NCBI GenBank assembly: GCA_036172245.1
Contig: JAYWIR010000085.1
Location: forward strand, 62,001 to 126,000
Length of the DNA: 64,000 nucleotides
Reading direction: 5' to 3'
Source: Raillietiella orientalis
Taxonomy: Eukaryota
A program made the position numbers and the translations under genes. How positions within the stretch are numbered: position 1 is the stretch's first letter; each line of letters opens with the position of its first letter. The notes under the pieces are model-generated. The model was not told the DNA's origin. It saw only the letters and a program-made list of their open reading frames with translations, and did no database searches. This document shows, in pieces, positions 13,201 to 26,809 of the stretch.

Positions 13201-16200
13201 AGTAGGGAGTAAGGAAGGATATGCTTGTTGGAGGATCCACTGCATCATCGCTTCTGGAACTGCTTTATTGGTGGCGACTTCATGTGTCGACCGATGAGAC
13301 TGTCCGCGGTTTCCATAGCATCCAGACTTCTAGGCCGATATCGCCGTTTCGAAAGGACACTTTTCTGCCGATGTTTCCGGCAGCATTTGTGCTCTCCTCA
13401 ATTCGCTGCCACATTGAAGAATGTTCTGGAGATTCAGGAAGCTTGACGTCTACTCGTGGAGGTCAGCTGTGAACGTCCACTGAGGGCCCTGTTTCCCATG
13501 TTCAGGAACTCTGAATTGCTAAAAATGCCCTCGTGCTCGATCAGATAATCCGGCTGGGCAAGTGGTTCACGAGTTTTCGATCCATATCCAGTGAAAATCT
13601 GTTCGATTCCAGCTTGTCCAGTGCTTTGCTGATCTGCTGTTTTATTCCTGAAAGGAGGATACTTACTTTCGTGGAGCCTGAAAAACGGCGCTGATATCCT
13701 TTTCCCACGAAAAAGAGAGGTCTTGCAAGAAGGCGCTCTTTTGAGGCTCTTCCGTATCGGCAGCCGAACTTTTGCCTCGAGCATCTGTTTTGCCAGCTTT
13801 GCCGCCATTCAAATTAAATGGAGAACCCTGGAGCGTGCCTTTGAGCTCGATTTCACATTGCGCACTTCCGGACCTCAGAATCCGGAAAACGTGCCTTTCC
13901 TATCTTGTCGCTACCCTTGGGGCTGGGTAGGCTAACAGCTTTCTTGAATTTGCCAGCAGTTGCTCTTACGATTCCCTGGTTCAGAGTTTTATTGAGGCGT
14001 TCGTTGCGCCGAAAAGGTGGGAAGTTCACAAATACACTTTTCCTATGACGTCATCAACACGGAGAATGCTCCCTTCCTCTCGTTCTCAAGCAGGAATTTT
14101 CGCTTGAATCCGGTCGACGGCGACGAAAAGAATCGAGGGAGCACATGTCGAGGCATTTGGATGTGGTAGACGACTGACTGCCTTGCGGCGAAAGAAGCTG
14201 GAAGCGGATTAGTTTCTCTTGACTTAACTGCGCACCTATGGATGAAGATCTGCGCAAACAACGCAGAAACCCAGGTTGACGGATCTTCCGCTCCGTTGGA
14301 ACCACGTAGCAACTCCGCACTCCTGGAGCGCCTCACCTAGGCCAGCTCGAGCCTCTCAGAATTCTCTGTGGCCGTCCACTCCTCCCGTCCTTGCTTCATC
14401 GTCTGTTGACTCAACGAGAAACTTCGGGATAAACACTTGAAGTTGCGTGTGCGATGCTCCCGTTTTGGGGATTCTTGGAATTTTTCCCCGCAACAAGAGA
14501 GCGAGCCCTCGCTTTAGTTGCCTCCCAAGGGAGCCCCCAAAGGAACCTCTTCCTCATTCTCCCAGGAGCGACTCCCCGGCTTGTGGGAGTCGCTCTGAAT
14601 TTGTTCTCCGGAGGGAATTCGCAAGAGAACCGCTCCTTGTTGGTGCTCCTCTGAAGAAAAGGCCAAAACAGTGTTTGCAAATTTCGCTGAAGGATGCTTC
14701 CCCAAAGGGAGCAGCGTGCTTTTACACTAGGGAGAGGCAACCCCCTGAGAAGGTATCAACTAGCCCCGTGGTACGAGAGTTAGGGTCCCTGGAGGTCTCC
14801 GTCGTGCACCCTAAATTTAGAATAGGGGCAGGGTCTTTAAGGTCTCCTCCGGGTCCTTCCAGGAATCAAAGAACCGGCTAGTAAACGGGGGAATCTGGTT
14901 TCTGGGTTCCAATCTGGTTTCCATCATTGCTGCACCCGAAGCCTATAGGCCAATCAGCGTCATCCTGCAAGGGAGGGAGAGACCCACGGCGCACCCATAT
15001 CTCGGCGTCGATCCTTTTCGGGTATTCGAACCGCCAACCTTTGGCACCGAGAGCGGAGACCCGTGGCCGCACAGTCGCCTACGCGGGAGTAGATAGATAG
15101 ACATTCCTGCTCTTCTTCCATTCACATCCGCGAAGGTACAAGGGCCTTTCATGAGAAGTCGGAAGATTTGAGAGTCGTTCGAAAGTTTGCGAAAAGAATT
15201 CCCTCACTTGCACATGGGTGTAATGCCACGGCAGCAGGTGGCCATTCTCTTCGAAGAGATTGTCACCCCCAGAAATTGAATCCTGTGAGTGAACATACGG
15301 AAGCTGCAAGAACTGAATCACCAGAATTTCCTTATTCCCTTAAATTCCTGAATGCTGAGTGCTTGAACACTGTCAAGTTCCAGCTGATGCTGAACGTTGA
15401 GTGGCATTCTTGTGCATTCGAAAGGCATCACACCCATGGCGGCACAGCAGCATTTTCCACGCCCATCTATGCTCTCGCGATAGGCCGTATCCTTGTTTCT
15501 ACCGAACCTATTTTAATAATCTTTTATCCTTGCTCGAATGCACTAGTATTCCAAGATGCACTGCGTTTGGTCTTGAAGGATGTTTTTAAATCGTTAATTA
15601 GTATGCCCACCCAAGGTCACTTCACTCAAATGGTATGGAAATCAACCAAGTTCATGGGAGCAGCCCAGGCCAGAGGTTTGAGAGGGAACAAGTGTGCCAT
15701 TGTCGTAGTGGTTTACTATGATCCTCCAGGAAACTTCATAGGCAAGTTCATCGAAAATGTATCGATCCCCCAGTATGTAGTAACTACGTGACGACAGGTG
15801 TTGCTAATTTTCCTCCATGTTTCCTTCTTGTTTTTTTCCAGTCAAAAACTTCCGGGAGAGCTTTGCGAAACGAATTTCGCCCCTAATGAGAACAAAACGG
15901 TTCCATCCAGGCAACCCTCCTTCCAAGACGAAAAAAAGGATCAAAATGTTTTCCCCTTTTCCTCTTCGAAAGAAGACGAAAATTTCATCAGGGAATCTCA
16001 CAAACGCCACAACGATTACAGGTTGCAGCACGGGGCGGCGCCTCTGGATCTGAGCAGGAAGGTGGTTCCTCGGCCTCTTGTTCGATTTCACTCTGGAGGA
16101 ATTTCAGCTCTGCAACTACAGCAGAATTTGGGCGACCAAACTGGCCATGGACGATGTGCTTCGTCACAGGACCCAACAAATCTACGGAGAGAACCTGTAC

Positions 16201-19200
16201 AAGAAGCACGTAGAGAAGCCTGAGGAAGACATTTCCGGCTCGGAGGTCGTGGACGAGTGGTACAACGAAATCAACCTGCACGAGTTCAAACAAAATCCTG
16301 AGGATGCGAGAACAGGTTTCTGTTGTTTGCATGTGTGCTGGAGAGGTTTTTCCCCTGAAAGGTCGTAGATGGCAGCAAAGGGGTGGCTCGCAACAGCACC
16401 TTGGCTGGCATTTCTTTGAGCATCATTTCCGGTGTTGATGGAGACGGAAGATGACCGGACGTGCGCGCCTCCGTTTTCTTCTGATTCCCCTCCCCCCTCC
16501 GCTCTTCTTCGCGTGCTCTCCCCCTGTAGGGATCGGGATAGGAAAGCCACCTTTGAAACGGCAAGAGAAACTGAAGCTCTTGAAATGCAACAAACGAAAG
16601 AAAATTTCGTGCCACTCGAGGGTGCGAGATGGAACTGATGTTTCGTTCTGAACAACCTGCTCTCCTTCCGGGATGAGAGGGACATTTCCGATCTGCCAGG
16701 TTCGCTGCTGTCTGGCGATTCCCATCATGCAGGGACGAGTTGTGGCCTTTGCGAATAGCTGGAACCAGGCGGAAACTTGCAGTCAAGTGCACCGCGTGTT
16801 GAGTTCGATCGGTGGGAGCGGATGCAAAGCTTTTGGAAAGAAGACACGCGTCCTTAACGTGTTTGACTCGACGTGTCAAGTGGTAGCCATTCTCCCCGAA
16901 GAACATCACTCCCAGAAAACGAATCGTGTGAGCAAGTGCGGAAGCTGCAAGAACTGGGTCGCAGGTGCAGATTGGATCGAGAGACTGAGAGGAAGGCGCT
17001 CGGAAGGCGCAACCCGACGTCGAAATTCATCAGATGAAGGCACCGACGAGACCGGCCCTCTGAGAACTGCTGGTGTCAACTTTATGGGAAGAGAAAGGTA
17101 CGTCGGTCTATTGGTCTGATGAAGCTGGGACTCGGAAAATGGAAACGGCGCCACATGAAAAGTTGGAGGCTGCAAAAGGTCGGGAATTATGACCACAAAG
17201 TTTCTGTGGGAATTCGTAACAGGGACTCCGGAGGCCGGAAAAGGCTCTTGAAAGGTTTGTTGAGTTCAAATCGAGTTCTGTGTTCATAAACGTCCCCACC
17301 GGAAAAGCCTCTTGAGTTTGGGAAAAGTTGAGAAATTTTCCGCTCTGTAAATCAGAAATCATAGGGAGTGCCCAGGATGTGAGTGGATGGACTCCTTCGG
17401 GTGGGGGTGTCACCACAGCACTCGTGCCTACAGATTTTCCTCTTATTACCGGGGATTTTTCAAACCTGCGAAGTCTCATAGCTTGATCTTCACCTCTGAG
17501 TGGGTCTAAACGACGGTTGTATTTTGGCTCGACTCAGGAGACGCAAACACTTCGATTTTTCACGGAAGGATGAGTGTGCGCTTGCATCATACTGCATCGC
17601 TTATCTTCTTTGGTCTCTTGGAACTTCCCTGGGCATAACACCAGCAAGAATTTGATTCTTGCTCGTAGCTGGGAGGCTAGATTTCAGTTAGTGGGACGCA
17701 GCCTCTCCAGCCTACCCAGATGAAATCTCGTGCATAAATATTTACGCCGAAGCTGGAGGGTTTTAGGACACTTCGTTCTGTCTAAGCCACGTGGTAGGCC
17801 ATTAGGTTAACTGCACCTTTAGGTGCACTCACTGGACCCATGGGCACTTTGCAACTTCAATGAGCATGATGGATCGTTCCGCATCTTGGTTGGAACTCTT
17901 GCATTCTTCGTCCCATAAAGTGGTGATCCTGGAGTAACTTCTGCAGCCGTTGGATATTGGCTAATCGAAAACTCTCTCTAATTACTTGTCTTTCTTTACT
18001 CGCCTGTCGTCCTGTTTCTGAAATCACGTGGTGTATTGCAAGGAATACACGACGTGATTTGAGCCTGAAAGCCCAAGTCTGAATCACCTCCAATAATTTA
18101 GAATGCTACATCTTTGTAGTAGTGGGAGAGCACCCACTCCTCCCAGAAAGGATGCTTATCTTGCAGCGAGCGGTACCGTGCTTGGGAACCTCTCTTGGGT
18201 CGAGGCGACTCCGTACTCCGTCGAGGTGACTTCGAACACAAAGCATTTTCTGCTTCCCCTGGGCAAAAGCGGGGAAACTTCCTCACTCAGCCTCGATGGC
18301 CACCCAATTGCAACAGTTTTTCGTTCTGTGATGCTCTGCTTTTGAAATCCCCGCTCCACGGGCTGCACTCAGCTTCTCGTTTGTTCGCACTATTCTGCAT
18401 TTCTTCCTCCCTGAATTTTCTGTGGTTCCCACACTCCCACCGTTCTTGCCGATGGAGCCATGGTCTACGAAGGAGGGAAGAATGACAAACGCTGCAAAAT
18501 GGGAAACTTTTATATATGAGAAGGAAAGGAGGGACCCTGTAATCGGTTTTGAGCATCCGCTCATCGGCGCGCTGCCTTTGAGAGTGTGCAAGGGAGAGCA
18601 TCCGGTAGCATTGCTCAGGAAGGGAGGCTCCCGGAAGCAAAAAAAACGACAAGGAATCGCCATTATCCACAGACTGGAAATCAAGAAATCTATGATCTCC
18701 GAGTGCTGCTCACTGGCCAGTTATTCTTTCATTGTCCAAATAAGTAGGGATGTTGAAAAAGAAGGAAGAAAGTGAAAAGGAGGTGGTTGCCGATCCTAGA
18801 GATGGCATCGTGATAATGACAAAGATAGCGTCATGTTTCAAACCTGGAAAAAAAAAGAAATCTCGAAGCTGTGCTGTTTCGGCTTGCTTCATTGTCCTTC
18901 CTGAACGAACAGTGCGCATATTGAACCTGAACATCGACTATAATTGGCAGACGAATCATCTGCCTTTTCCCTCTCGAAGTTTAAATAGCCATCCATTGCT
19001 TCCTCATTCTGCTAAACGGATTTCCCCAAATCCATGGCTACCGACAGTCCTAATAAAAACTTAAGAGTGTCACACTCGGTGGCGATTCCTATCCCTTAAC
19101 TACGTGCTATGCAGTCTCTGCATCCGAGTAAGCTATCTCGGAGACGAAAATTGGAAAAAAAGTGACATGCCGTTGGCTGTATGGTCGTTCGCAAAATACA

Positions 19201-22019
19201 TTCTCCATACTGAAACCGAAGCACAAACAGAGATCACTTTCGACGATAAATCTTATCATTTTTTGCGAGCAAGCGAATTTCCTAATCCGCTTTTTCATGT
19301 CTGTCACTGTAATGATCATTACGGAATTGTTAATTTCCTATGACTTGGGAGAAACAGTCAGGTCAAGCGGAACTGCATTTCTGCTAGAATCGCAGTTCTT
19401 TCCATTCGAATGAATGGTAGCTCCTCAAAATGGTCCCCCACTCTTTATTAGATCTCTTCCATGTAGGCAATAATGCAAAATGAAGATCAAGCATCGCTAG
19501 CACTTGATTCCGCCCATCATCTGGCCAAGATCTAAACCACCCTTGGCCAGACAAAAGATCGACAAGTGAAACTTTTCTCTTCCTCAGTCGTCGTTTTTTT
19601 TTACATGTAACGTGGACCGATGAGCATCCGCTCCTGCTTTAGCTTTTCGTAGTTGTTCGTCATGAGTGCTTTCCTTCAAGCACAGAGCTTGTTCGTTCTT
19701 TCTGAAGGGTCTTCGACCACCAAAGCCACCCAGATTTCATCAAGAGTTGTTGCCGCCTCGTATATTCTATTACTGCTGCTCCTTCGGAGCCGAAGATTGT
19801 GAAACCGCATAGTTTCGTGCGTGTGCCCGCTGTTTATCACGAGTCGCATTCCATCGTGAGCGTCTCACCATAAATTCTTTAAAACAAACTGCTGTTGTTC
19901 CTGTGGTACTTCCTGGTAGAAATGACAGCCATCTTGCCAAAGAATAATTCGATTTGTGTGCAAACAGGAAAAAAAAAAAAAAAAAGATTGAATATATGAT
20001 GAGGATTCCAGCTACAGAAGAACTAACACCGATGGTTCTCTCGAGCTTTGATCTCTTCAAGGTCAATTCATTCGTGATGAAAGAAGGTGTCATGTGATAG
20101 GTTTCAGTGAAAACGCAAGTGCCTGATTCCTCGCGATTTGCGATTCTGCGGCTCCTCAGGCTCCGCTTCACCCCAAGGTATTTCTAAATGTTGCATTAAG
20201 TTCTGAGACAAATTCCACTGGATTATTCACGGATCTCACTCGTTTGATCCTTTGCATTCTCTTCCTGCCGTGATCGCTGCTGTCGAAGCAGACTTTTTGA
20301 AAGCCAAGCTACGTAAGAGACACGACGCGGATATCTTAATTTGTAGGCACAACCGGTTGCTTCTTTGCACAGCAGCCACAAAACTAGTTCCATTGTGACT
20401 GCCTTCCCAGACACTTCTCCATGAATTCACTCCGATCAGGGAGCGCTGTTGCTTGGTTGATGGTTCTGGAAACCATTAGTCACACGTATCCAATGCAAAA
20501 GATCCTAGGTGTCAAAGGAGGAAGCCAACGGATAGCACAATTACCGGCGTGGAATGGTATGGCGCGGGAGCAATTTCCACAAAGGCGAACTGAGATTTTT
20601 CGAGTAACACGGAGATGTGAGGCATCTGGAAGGCGAAAGATGTGACAGAAACGAGGAATGCAGGAAATTCTAAATAAAAAATGGGCTTCCTCCCTATGAT
20701 GCAGCGTGAGCGGTTCCATCCAAGAGAATTCCTAGGATGTCGAAGGATGGGAGAGGCTAGCTTTGGTGTTTCCGAATTATGCTGTTAGAATCTCTGTTAC
20801 GGGATGGTGAAGCAGATTTATTTGAAGGAGTGCTGCTCTCACTTCAGAGAAACGGAAACGCCGCAAACAAAGGTCCGCGTTCTCAGTGTTCGAGAACCTT
20901 CTCGAGTGTTTCTACAGCTTCTCTTCCGCTCGTGCATCCTTCTTTACTTTCCTACAAGCCTCCAGTTTAACCTTCGGAAATGCGAACATCTAGGCAGAGA
21001 TTCGCTTTCGGAAGATCGCAATCGTTGCTCTCCTTCATAATAGAGAAAGAGGCCACTGACATTCCCACTCAGAGGAACCATGCAGGAATGGATCATGCAC
21101 TCGAGTGCAGATCTTTCAACCATCTTAGGTACAAAAGCCATAAAATGACCGTCAAGCGATGTTGTATGAAGCCGATAAGGGAGATAAAGTGAATTCAGAT
21201 ACAGGAACAGAGTGAAGGAAAGATAAAAGCTGAGTCTTTCCAACAATGCAAGAGTCATTCTGCTAAAGCACCAACTGCAGCTGCTAAACTGACCACCCCC
21301 AGAAATCTCGAAGAGATTTAGAATAGCATCTGCAGAACGTCTCCTGCTCTGCACCACTTGGACCGAACCACCGGAAGAAACTTTTGTTAACATTGAGAAA
21401 TCCTGCCGTTCGACTCCCCAACTCTGTTTTGCCCCTTTTCTCGGGTGGAAGGAGAAACGAAAAAGGTATGAACACTCAAGATGATTGCAAGAATGATCTG
21501 GTACTCCGAGCCAAGGGATCTCCGTTATCCTCCGCTACCGACCTCGCGGCAGTGCAGACGACTCTCTTGAATCTCGATGGCTTGCTTGTTTACTGTCTTG
21601 CTTGGCCATCCGTGGTCCCTCCGGAAGTAATTGCCCTCTCCTTAACCACAAACAGGAGTTTCTCGAGAGTTTTCCTGGAACATTCGCGTTCTTTTCTTCC
21701 TCGCGTCTGCAACAGCATAACTCGAGCCCACCTTGCTGGAAACTCTGCTGACACCTCCTCAGCAGAAGCCCATCGCAAACCCGGGGGCCCTGATTTCATC
21801 CCTTTGTCGTTTCTTGTTCTCTATTTTCCTTTTTTTTTTTTTTTTTCTTTTCAAGGCAACGCGACCCAGCTACTGTGGAAGAATACCAAGAAGTTCGGGA
21901 TCGGGAAAGCACGAAATTCGAACGGCAACGTCTTTGTGGTCGCCAACTATGATCCTGCAGGCAACCAGCCAGGACTGTTTGCAGAGAACGTGCTGCCTGA
22001 GACGACGACACCGAAGTAA
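1232..22019 (+). CDS. Multi-exon gene: long N-terminal extension plus two tandem CAP/SCP (GAPR-1/GLIPR2-like) domains, ~918 aa from 1232
   Basis: Phase-consistent exon chain: 1232-1339, 3310-3442, 9683-9927, 9978-11153, 11282-11413, 11469-11682, 15616-15772, 15842-16061, 16108-16315, 21856-22019 (stop). A possible first exon is 344-424 (MGDGTRG...RRKRRK|gtgaag), or the start is ATG 1226. Linkage of the 5' exons to the CAP exons rests only on splice sites and phase. Extra exons in the 3443-9682 intron cannot be excluded. Confidence 0.6.
9978..11153 (+). CDS. Large Ser/Lys/Glu-rich, probably disordered exon of the CAP gene
   Basis: Longest ORF in the window (9981-11174, 397 aa). Acceptor ttcttag ends at 9977 and donor gttagt starts at 11154, both phase 0. 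The composition is protein-like. Confidence 0.8.
11282..15772 (+). CDS. CAP/SCP domain 1 (exons 11282-11413, 11469-11682, 15616-15772)
   Basis: Spliced translation contains CLVIHNRYRNIHCAPPMQLSLK|LCEEAESWA..LYH..YGENIY..WYVE..G|HFTQMVWKST..YDPPGNFIGKFIENV, which are canonical CAP motifs. Confidence 0.92.
15842..22019 (+). CDS. CAP/SCP domain 2 (exons 15842-16061, 16108-16315, 21856-22019)
   Basis: Spliced translation contains HKRHNDYRLQHGAAPLDLSRK|LCNYSRIWA..LRH..YGENLY..WYNE..G|NATQLLWKNTKKFGIGKA..VVANYDPAGNQPGLFAENV. Stop TAA at 22017-22019. Confidence 0.92.
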
Positions 22020-25000
22020 CCTTCTCGACTCTTCTCCTCTCCGTCCTACGAGGAGGTCGTCCTCATTCGTCCCAGTGGGGGGACGCTGAACGATCTCCAA
22101 ATCAGAAAAACTGCTTGCACAAAGTGCTCTTTGCTTTGATTCTGCATATTCTCGCTCGGTTGTTACTCCACTGCTGCTGTCCCTCTTCCAGGATCGAAGA
22201 CTGGCTATTCGCAACGCACCCTCCCTCGACGCGCTCCGGCTTCCGCTCAGATGCTCCTGAGCCACTCGAACCAGCTGGAGCGGGCGGGCGATAACGCGGA
22301 ATCCACCCACTTGCCTCTAGAAAGTCTCCGAAACCTCACAAATGCCGAAGGAGTCAGTCCACAGGTTCGGGTGAACCTTGAACTCTCTCCCTGGACGCGT
22401 TTTCATTTCTAAGTCACAGCGCTCTCGTGGAAAAGTGACGCTTGCTGAGCACTTTCGCCTGCCTCCTCCTCCTCACCGTAACCGTTGATCGGAACGAGTG
22501 GGGTGCGTCCCGGAAGATGCCATTTGCAGGCAGCTCGCCGAGGCGCGCACGGATCCGTGCCTGGGAAGCGCCCCGGGTGTTCCAGTAAGCATCCGGTGAG
22601 ACGGCGGCTCCGGAAAGCATGGAGGCGCATTAGGGATGCTTTCATCTTCCCTTCTGCGCAGGTTTCAGGGATTCAGAGGGTCCTTCAGGGATTCCCGGAT
22701 ACAACTCCTGTATCCCACGGGTTGCCCTTCTTCGTCGCTCCCACACCGATAATCGGCGCTGCCTTTGAGTTTTAGGTGTTGCGTAACCCCGGAGGAACCG
22801 TCATCTCGTGTGTTCCGGATCTCTCTCTGGCCATCTGCAGAGCTTCGACGCTTCCTTCTGACCGAGATTTCTGGGTAGTTCCTGCGTGACATGCGCAGTA
22901 TCTCCTCCCTCCCCCCTCCCTTTCCCAGATTTGATCAGGACACCAGTTGCCATCACGACCTTCAGCCGGGACCGCTCTGTTGCCTGCAATTTCCGTTTTC
23001 CTTTTTTCATTTCCTCGAATCCCGAGGGGAAGGGGGAGGGGAAGAGGAAGCCCGCTGTTGTCAGATCAAACGCGACGCTCCTCCTCCTGTTCCTTTGGGA
23101 AACAACTGGTCCGTCAAACCGGGTGTCACGATCCACTGGTTTCACTGCTCCTCTTTTCTAGATCAGGTTCTCCAATTATGAAGTTCAGCAAGCGTCGTCG
23201 GAATTCCTTCGGTCCTTGAGGATGTTCGCATTGAATTGAAAGACAGCTGAAAAATTCATCTCGCAGACTCCTCAGCGATACTCTGAATTCGGCAGCAAGC
23301 AGCGCTCTCGTCGTTCGCTCCGCGCGATGGCAAAGGACACTTTGGTATCGGGGCTTAGAGAGAGCTTGCCAAAGAAATTTCCATTCTATGCCATGAATGT
23401 GAGCTACACGATCGGGAAAAGACTCAAGACTCACCGATCATTAACGTGAGCAGCTGTCAGAGAAGGAAAACTTCACTCATGCGCCTCTATGCTCAAAAAT
23501 TGGCAGCATCGGCCCCTATCAACAGAGCAAAATCAAAGTTCCGTGGTGGGCAAAGATGCCAGATAGAGGTGCTCTGCCAGGCTAGAGGTGTTAAATGCCC
23601 CGTTTTTCGACGAAAGCAATTCCACGAGATCTCGAACATTTCCCTAATTGCACAGATCCTCCCTAGGGATTAGTCTGCCATGCTTCCGTGTTGGCTTGTG
23701 AGAGCATTTTTAAGCAGCAGATTGGATCTCTTGTCTCGAATTTTGTACTCTTCATTTTGAATCAGCTAAACCATCCTCCGTTAGCGAACCTCGAGGCATC
23801 AAACCAAAAAATCTTGTGAAAAGATTCCAATACACTTTTTTCCTCATAATTATGGACTCTTCTGTCCTAAAACTAGTTTACGGAACAGATGAAGCTATGA
23901 AATCAATAAATAGACGCACATGAAAGTGGAGACTCCACTTTCGAAAATGTTCTCTTCATAGGATCCCTAAGATACCAACGGAACCTCCTCAATGAAAGAT
24001 CTAGCGAAACACATCTGCTTTCCTCTGCTTTTGAGTTCTAAAGAAAGAAGTATCTAATTTTCCTCTAATGGGCAAACTGCTATAATTCAACAAGCAATTT
24101 GCGATTTAAATTGAATCGAAACAGCTGTTTTGTTGCTGTAGGGAGTTTTTCCTCCTCGTTTAGCATTCCCCTCGAGCATTTTCAAAGCAAATAGTTTTAT
24201 ATATATCTGCAACCGAGTACATGCATACTTGGTACCTCCATCAGTTGTCGACAAACTGCCTCGTTAAGCCAAAAAGCAACTCAAGGAGCGATGAGACCAT
24301 GAGTGATGAAATCACGACAGAAGTTCAGACTGAAAGCTCCACGTCCTGAATTGGGAAAACTGTCTGGAGAATCAGAAACCTACAGCAAGCATGGAAAAGT
24401 TCCAGTCAGCCTGCTGCCAAGACGCTCTTCCGTGCAGCATAAAAACCAAAGGCGAAGATAATAGGCTCGAAAGTGCCGGTGGGCACTCTCCACTCTATCA
24501 GGAAGCAAAGTGTGAACTCTAACAGGTTCAGGCACAAAATATTCAACAGCCCCGTCAAGCATCCCTTTGTTATCCACCATATCTTGACAGCTGCCAGCAC
24601 TGTCATAAACCATAGCGGGCAAAGAAAACGTCCGATCTTTTGAGAAATTTGGAGTCTGCAAATATAAAATGCTAAGGAACTTGTAAAAGTTTTGATAAGG
24701 AAACCCTTCTTGAGTTCCGTTTATTGGAACAAAGTCTTCCAATTTTATGGTATTTCATATTCCAAAACTAAATTTAAAAGAGTAAATTAGCACATTAGAT
24801 ATCAGTACAGACTGCATCAGAATACCGCGTGAAGGCACATGCCAGTTGCTTTCTGTGGCGAATTTGAATTCAGTGTAAAGTGAAATACAGAGAAAATTTC
24901 AGCGGAAGTGAATTATAGACAGGGAGAGGATTTTCTGAAGCAGGTTCCTTCCATGCATTTGTTTTTACACCTTACGATTACTACGTAGTGTGGTTGCAAC

Positions 25001-25023
25001 GAAACACTTAATAGATTTATGAG

Positions 25024-25291
25024 CAACATGTAAGGATGCTGAACTGCTTGCTTTGCAGGCAGATGTTTGCCAGTCTTCCGAAGTGCAAAAGATGATCACA
25101 GGTGAGCAAACTTTGTTGCTGTCATTATTGCAACTGCCATTTCACAGATGCAGTTTGTGCTTTTGGATGATTAGATGTTTGCTGCAATTGTGCAGGTGCT
25201 GAAGGAAATATGGCGCTTACACATGAATACGCTGAAGATGTGTTTGGTAAAGTCGTAGCAACAACTCTATAAGGAATCTGGCTTTGCATGA
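25024..25291 (+). pseudogene. Inverted partial duplicate (268 bp) of the neighbouring SDR gene
   Basis: Ungapped match to the reverse complement of 27229-27496, with about 15 mismatches by manual count (~94%). It retains the 46-nt intron, has in-frame stops TGA 25168-25170 and TAA 25270-25272, and lacks both ends of the gene. Confidence 0.95.
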
Positions 25292-26809
25292 CCAACCATT
25301 TATGCTTAGATCCCTCTGTCAACTTATGTGGGCCAAAGCAGATTCTTATCCAAATGCATTCAACAGCATCAGTATAGTAACACAGGTTTCTGTTTTGGGG
25401 GATTATAAATCTCTGAAGATTATATTGTTTACAAATTATCTCTCGAGGTAGATAACGAACATACATTTCATTCTCATTTAGTTATGTTTCGACTCTTGTA
25501 TTTTTGAGCTAAAAATATCTTGATTTTGAGGTTCTAATTCTGCATATATGTATGTGGAAGGTATACTTCGCAGGTATCCCGTGTGTGTTTATTCAAGAGA
25601 TCGTACCTCGTAGTGCTAGCTGCAAATGCTTGTTTACCGAAGGCTGCATCTACCTGTATTTACCAGCTTTTCAAGAAGCAACTACAAAAAGCAGATACCC
25701 TATTAGGAACCTTTGCCCAGGTTTCTTGTACTTCGCAAAATTAACGAAACACGAAAGGCTTCAGTGTGTTCAATGTCAGTCGGTGATGTGCATATACAGC
25801 AAGGAAGCTCGAAAAGGTCACGAAAGAGGACAATGGTGTTTTCTTGTTTTGATTGTCTTCTCTTGTGACTATGACATCCATAAATCAAAATACAAGCAAA
25901 AACTCTGATACATCAAACCAGAATGCACTTATCCCATATTGCCTCCTGTTTATGGATTTCTTAGAAATAACCACACAATATTAAAGAACTTCATTACCGC
26001 ACATAACACTCCATGATAAGAATGCTCTACATTTAAATTACAGTTTGCAAGTCGAGTTAATAAAGATAATAAGTACACTGATTAATGAATATTATATTCT
26101 TGATTTCAGTTTTTCAGTGGCTTCGCAGAAGGACATTAAAAGAAGTAGGATAAAAATAGCAAAGAATCTTAATGCCCTCAAAGTTTGAAACGAATTCATA
26201 CAAAAACTTCTGTACTTGAATATTCACCACTTAAAAAACAAATTCAATACTGGAATAGTCATTTTAGGTTTTTTGAAGACAGAGATTAAATTTTGGAAAC
26301 TGGTATCACCCAATTGTATGCTGGATATTTCACGCTTTCTCCCGCCAAGCTTTTTGTTAACAGAAGGGGGCGAAATGAAATCATACTGCAAACTTGTTGG
26401 CAAGGCAAAACAGTAGCGACACATAAAAATCGAAACGTATCGTTTAAATGAAAGGCCATTTTGTTGAAACTGTGGAATGATGATAAAAAAAGTCGCCACT
26501 TTATTCAAACGCACAACGGGCAGATTACGGGCAGATATACAAAGGGCAGATTTATGCAACACACAGGCAGAAGGCAACCAAATGCTTGTACATTCCGTTA
26601 AATGCTTGGGAAATCAAGTTTGATGTTTCATGGAAGTTTTCATGTAGTCAGGTTTTTAGGTTCACATTATTGTTCACACTGTATGTGATGGCAGTTTCTG
26701 TTTAATTCCCTCCATATTTGCAAGTTTGCACTACATGCTTGATTACAGCACATCAATATCCTGTATTGCTTTTGTTTCCACTATTACTTCAAGAGCACAA
26801 TAGAAATGA

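Noticed and set aside
16530..16651. Alternative terminal exon for CAP domain 2 (phase-compatible, GIGIGKP...)
   Set aside because: It lacks the remaining CAP motifs, whereas exon 21856-22019 completes the domain. No independent support.
24380..24742. Minus-strand 120-aa ORF
   Set aside because: No recognisable motif and no consistent splice chain.
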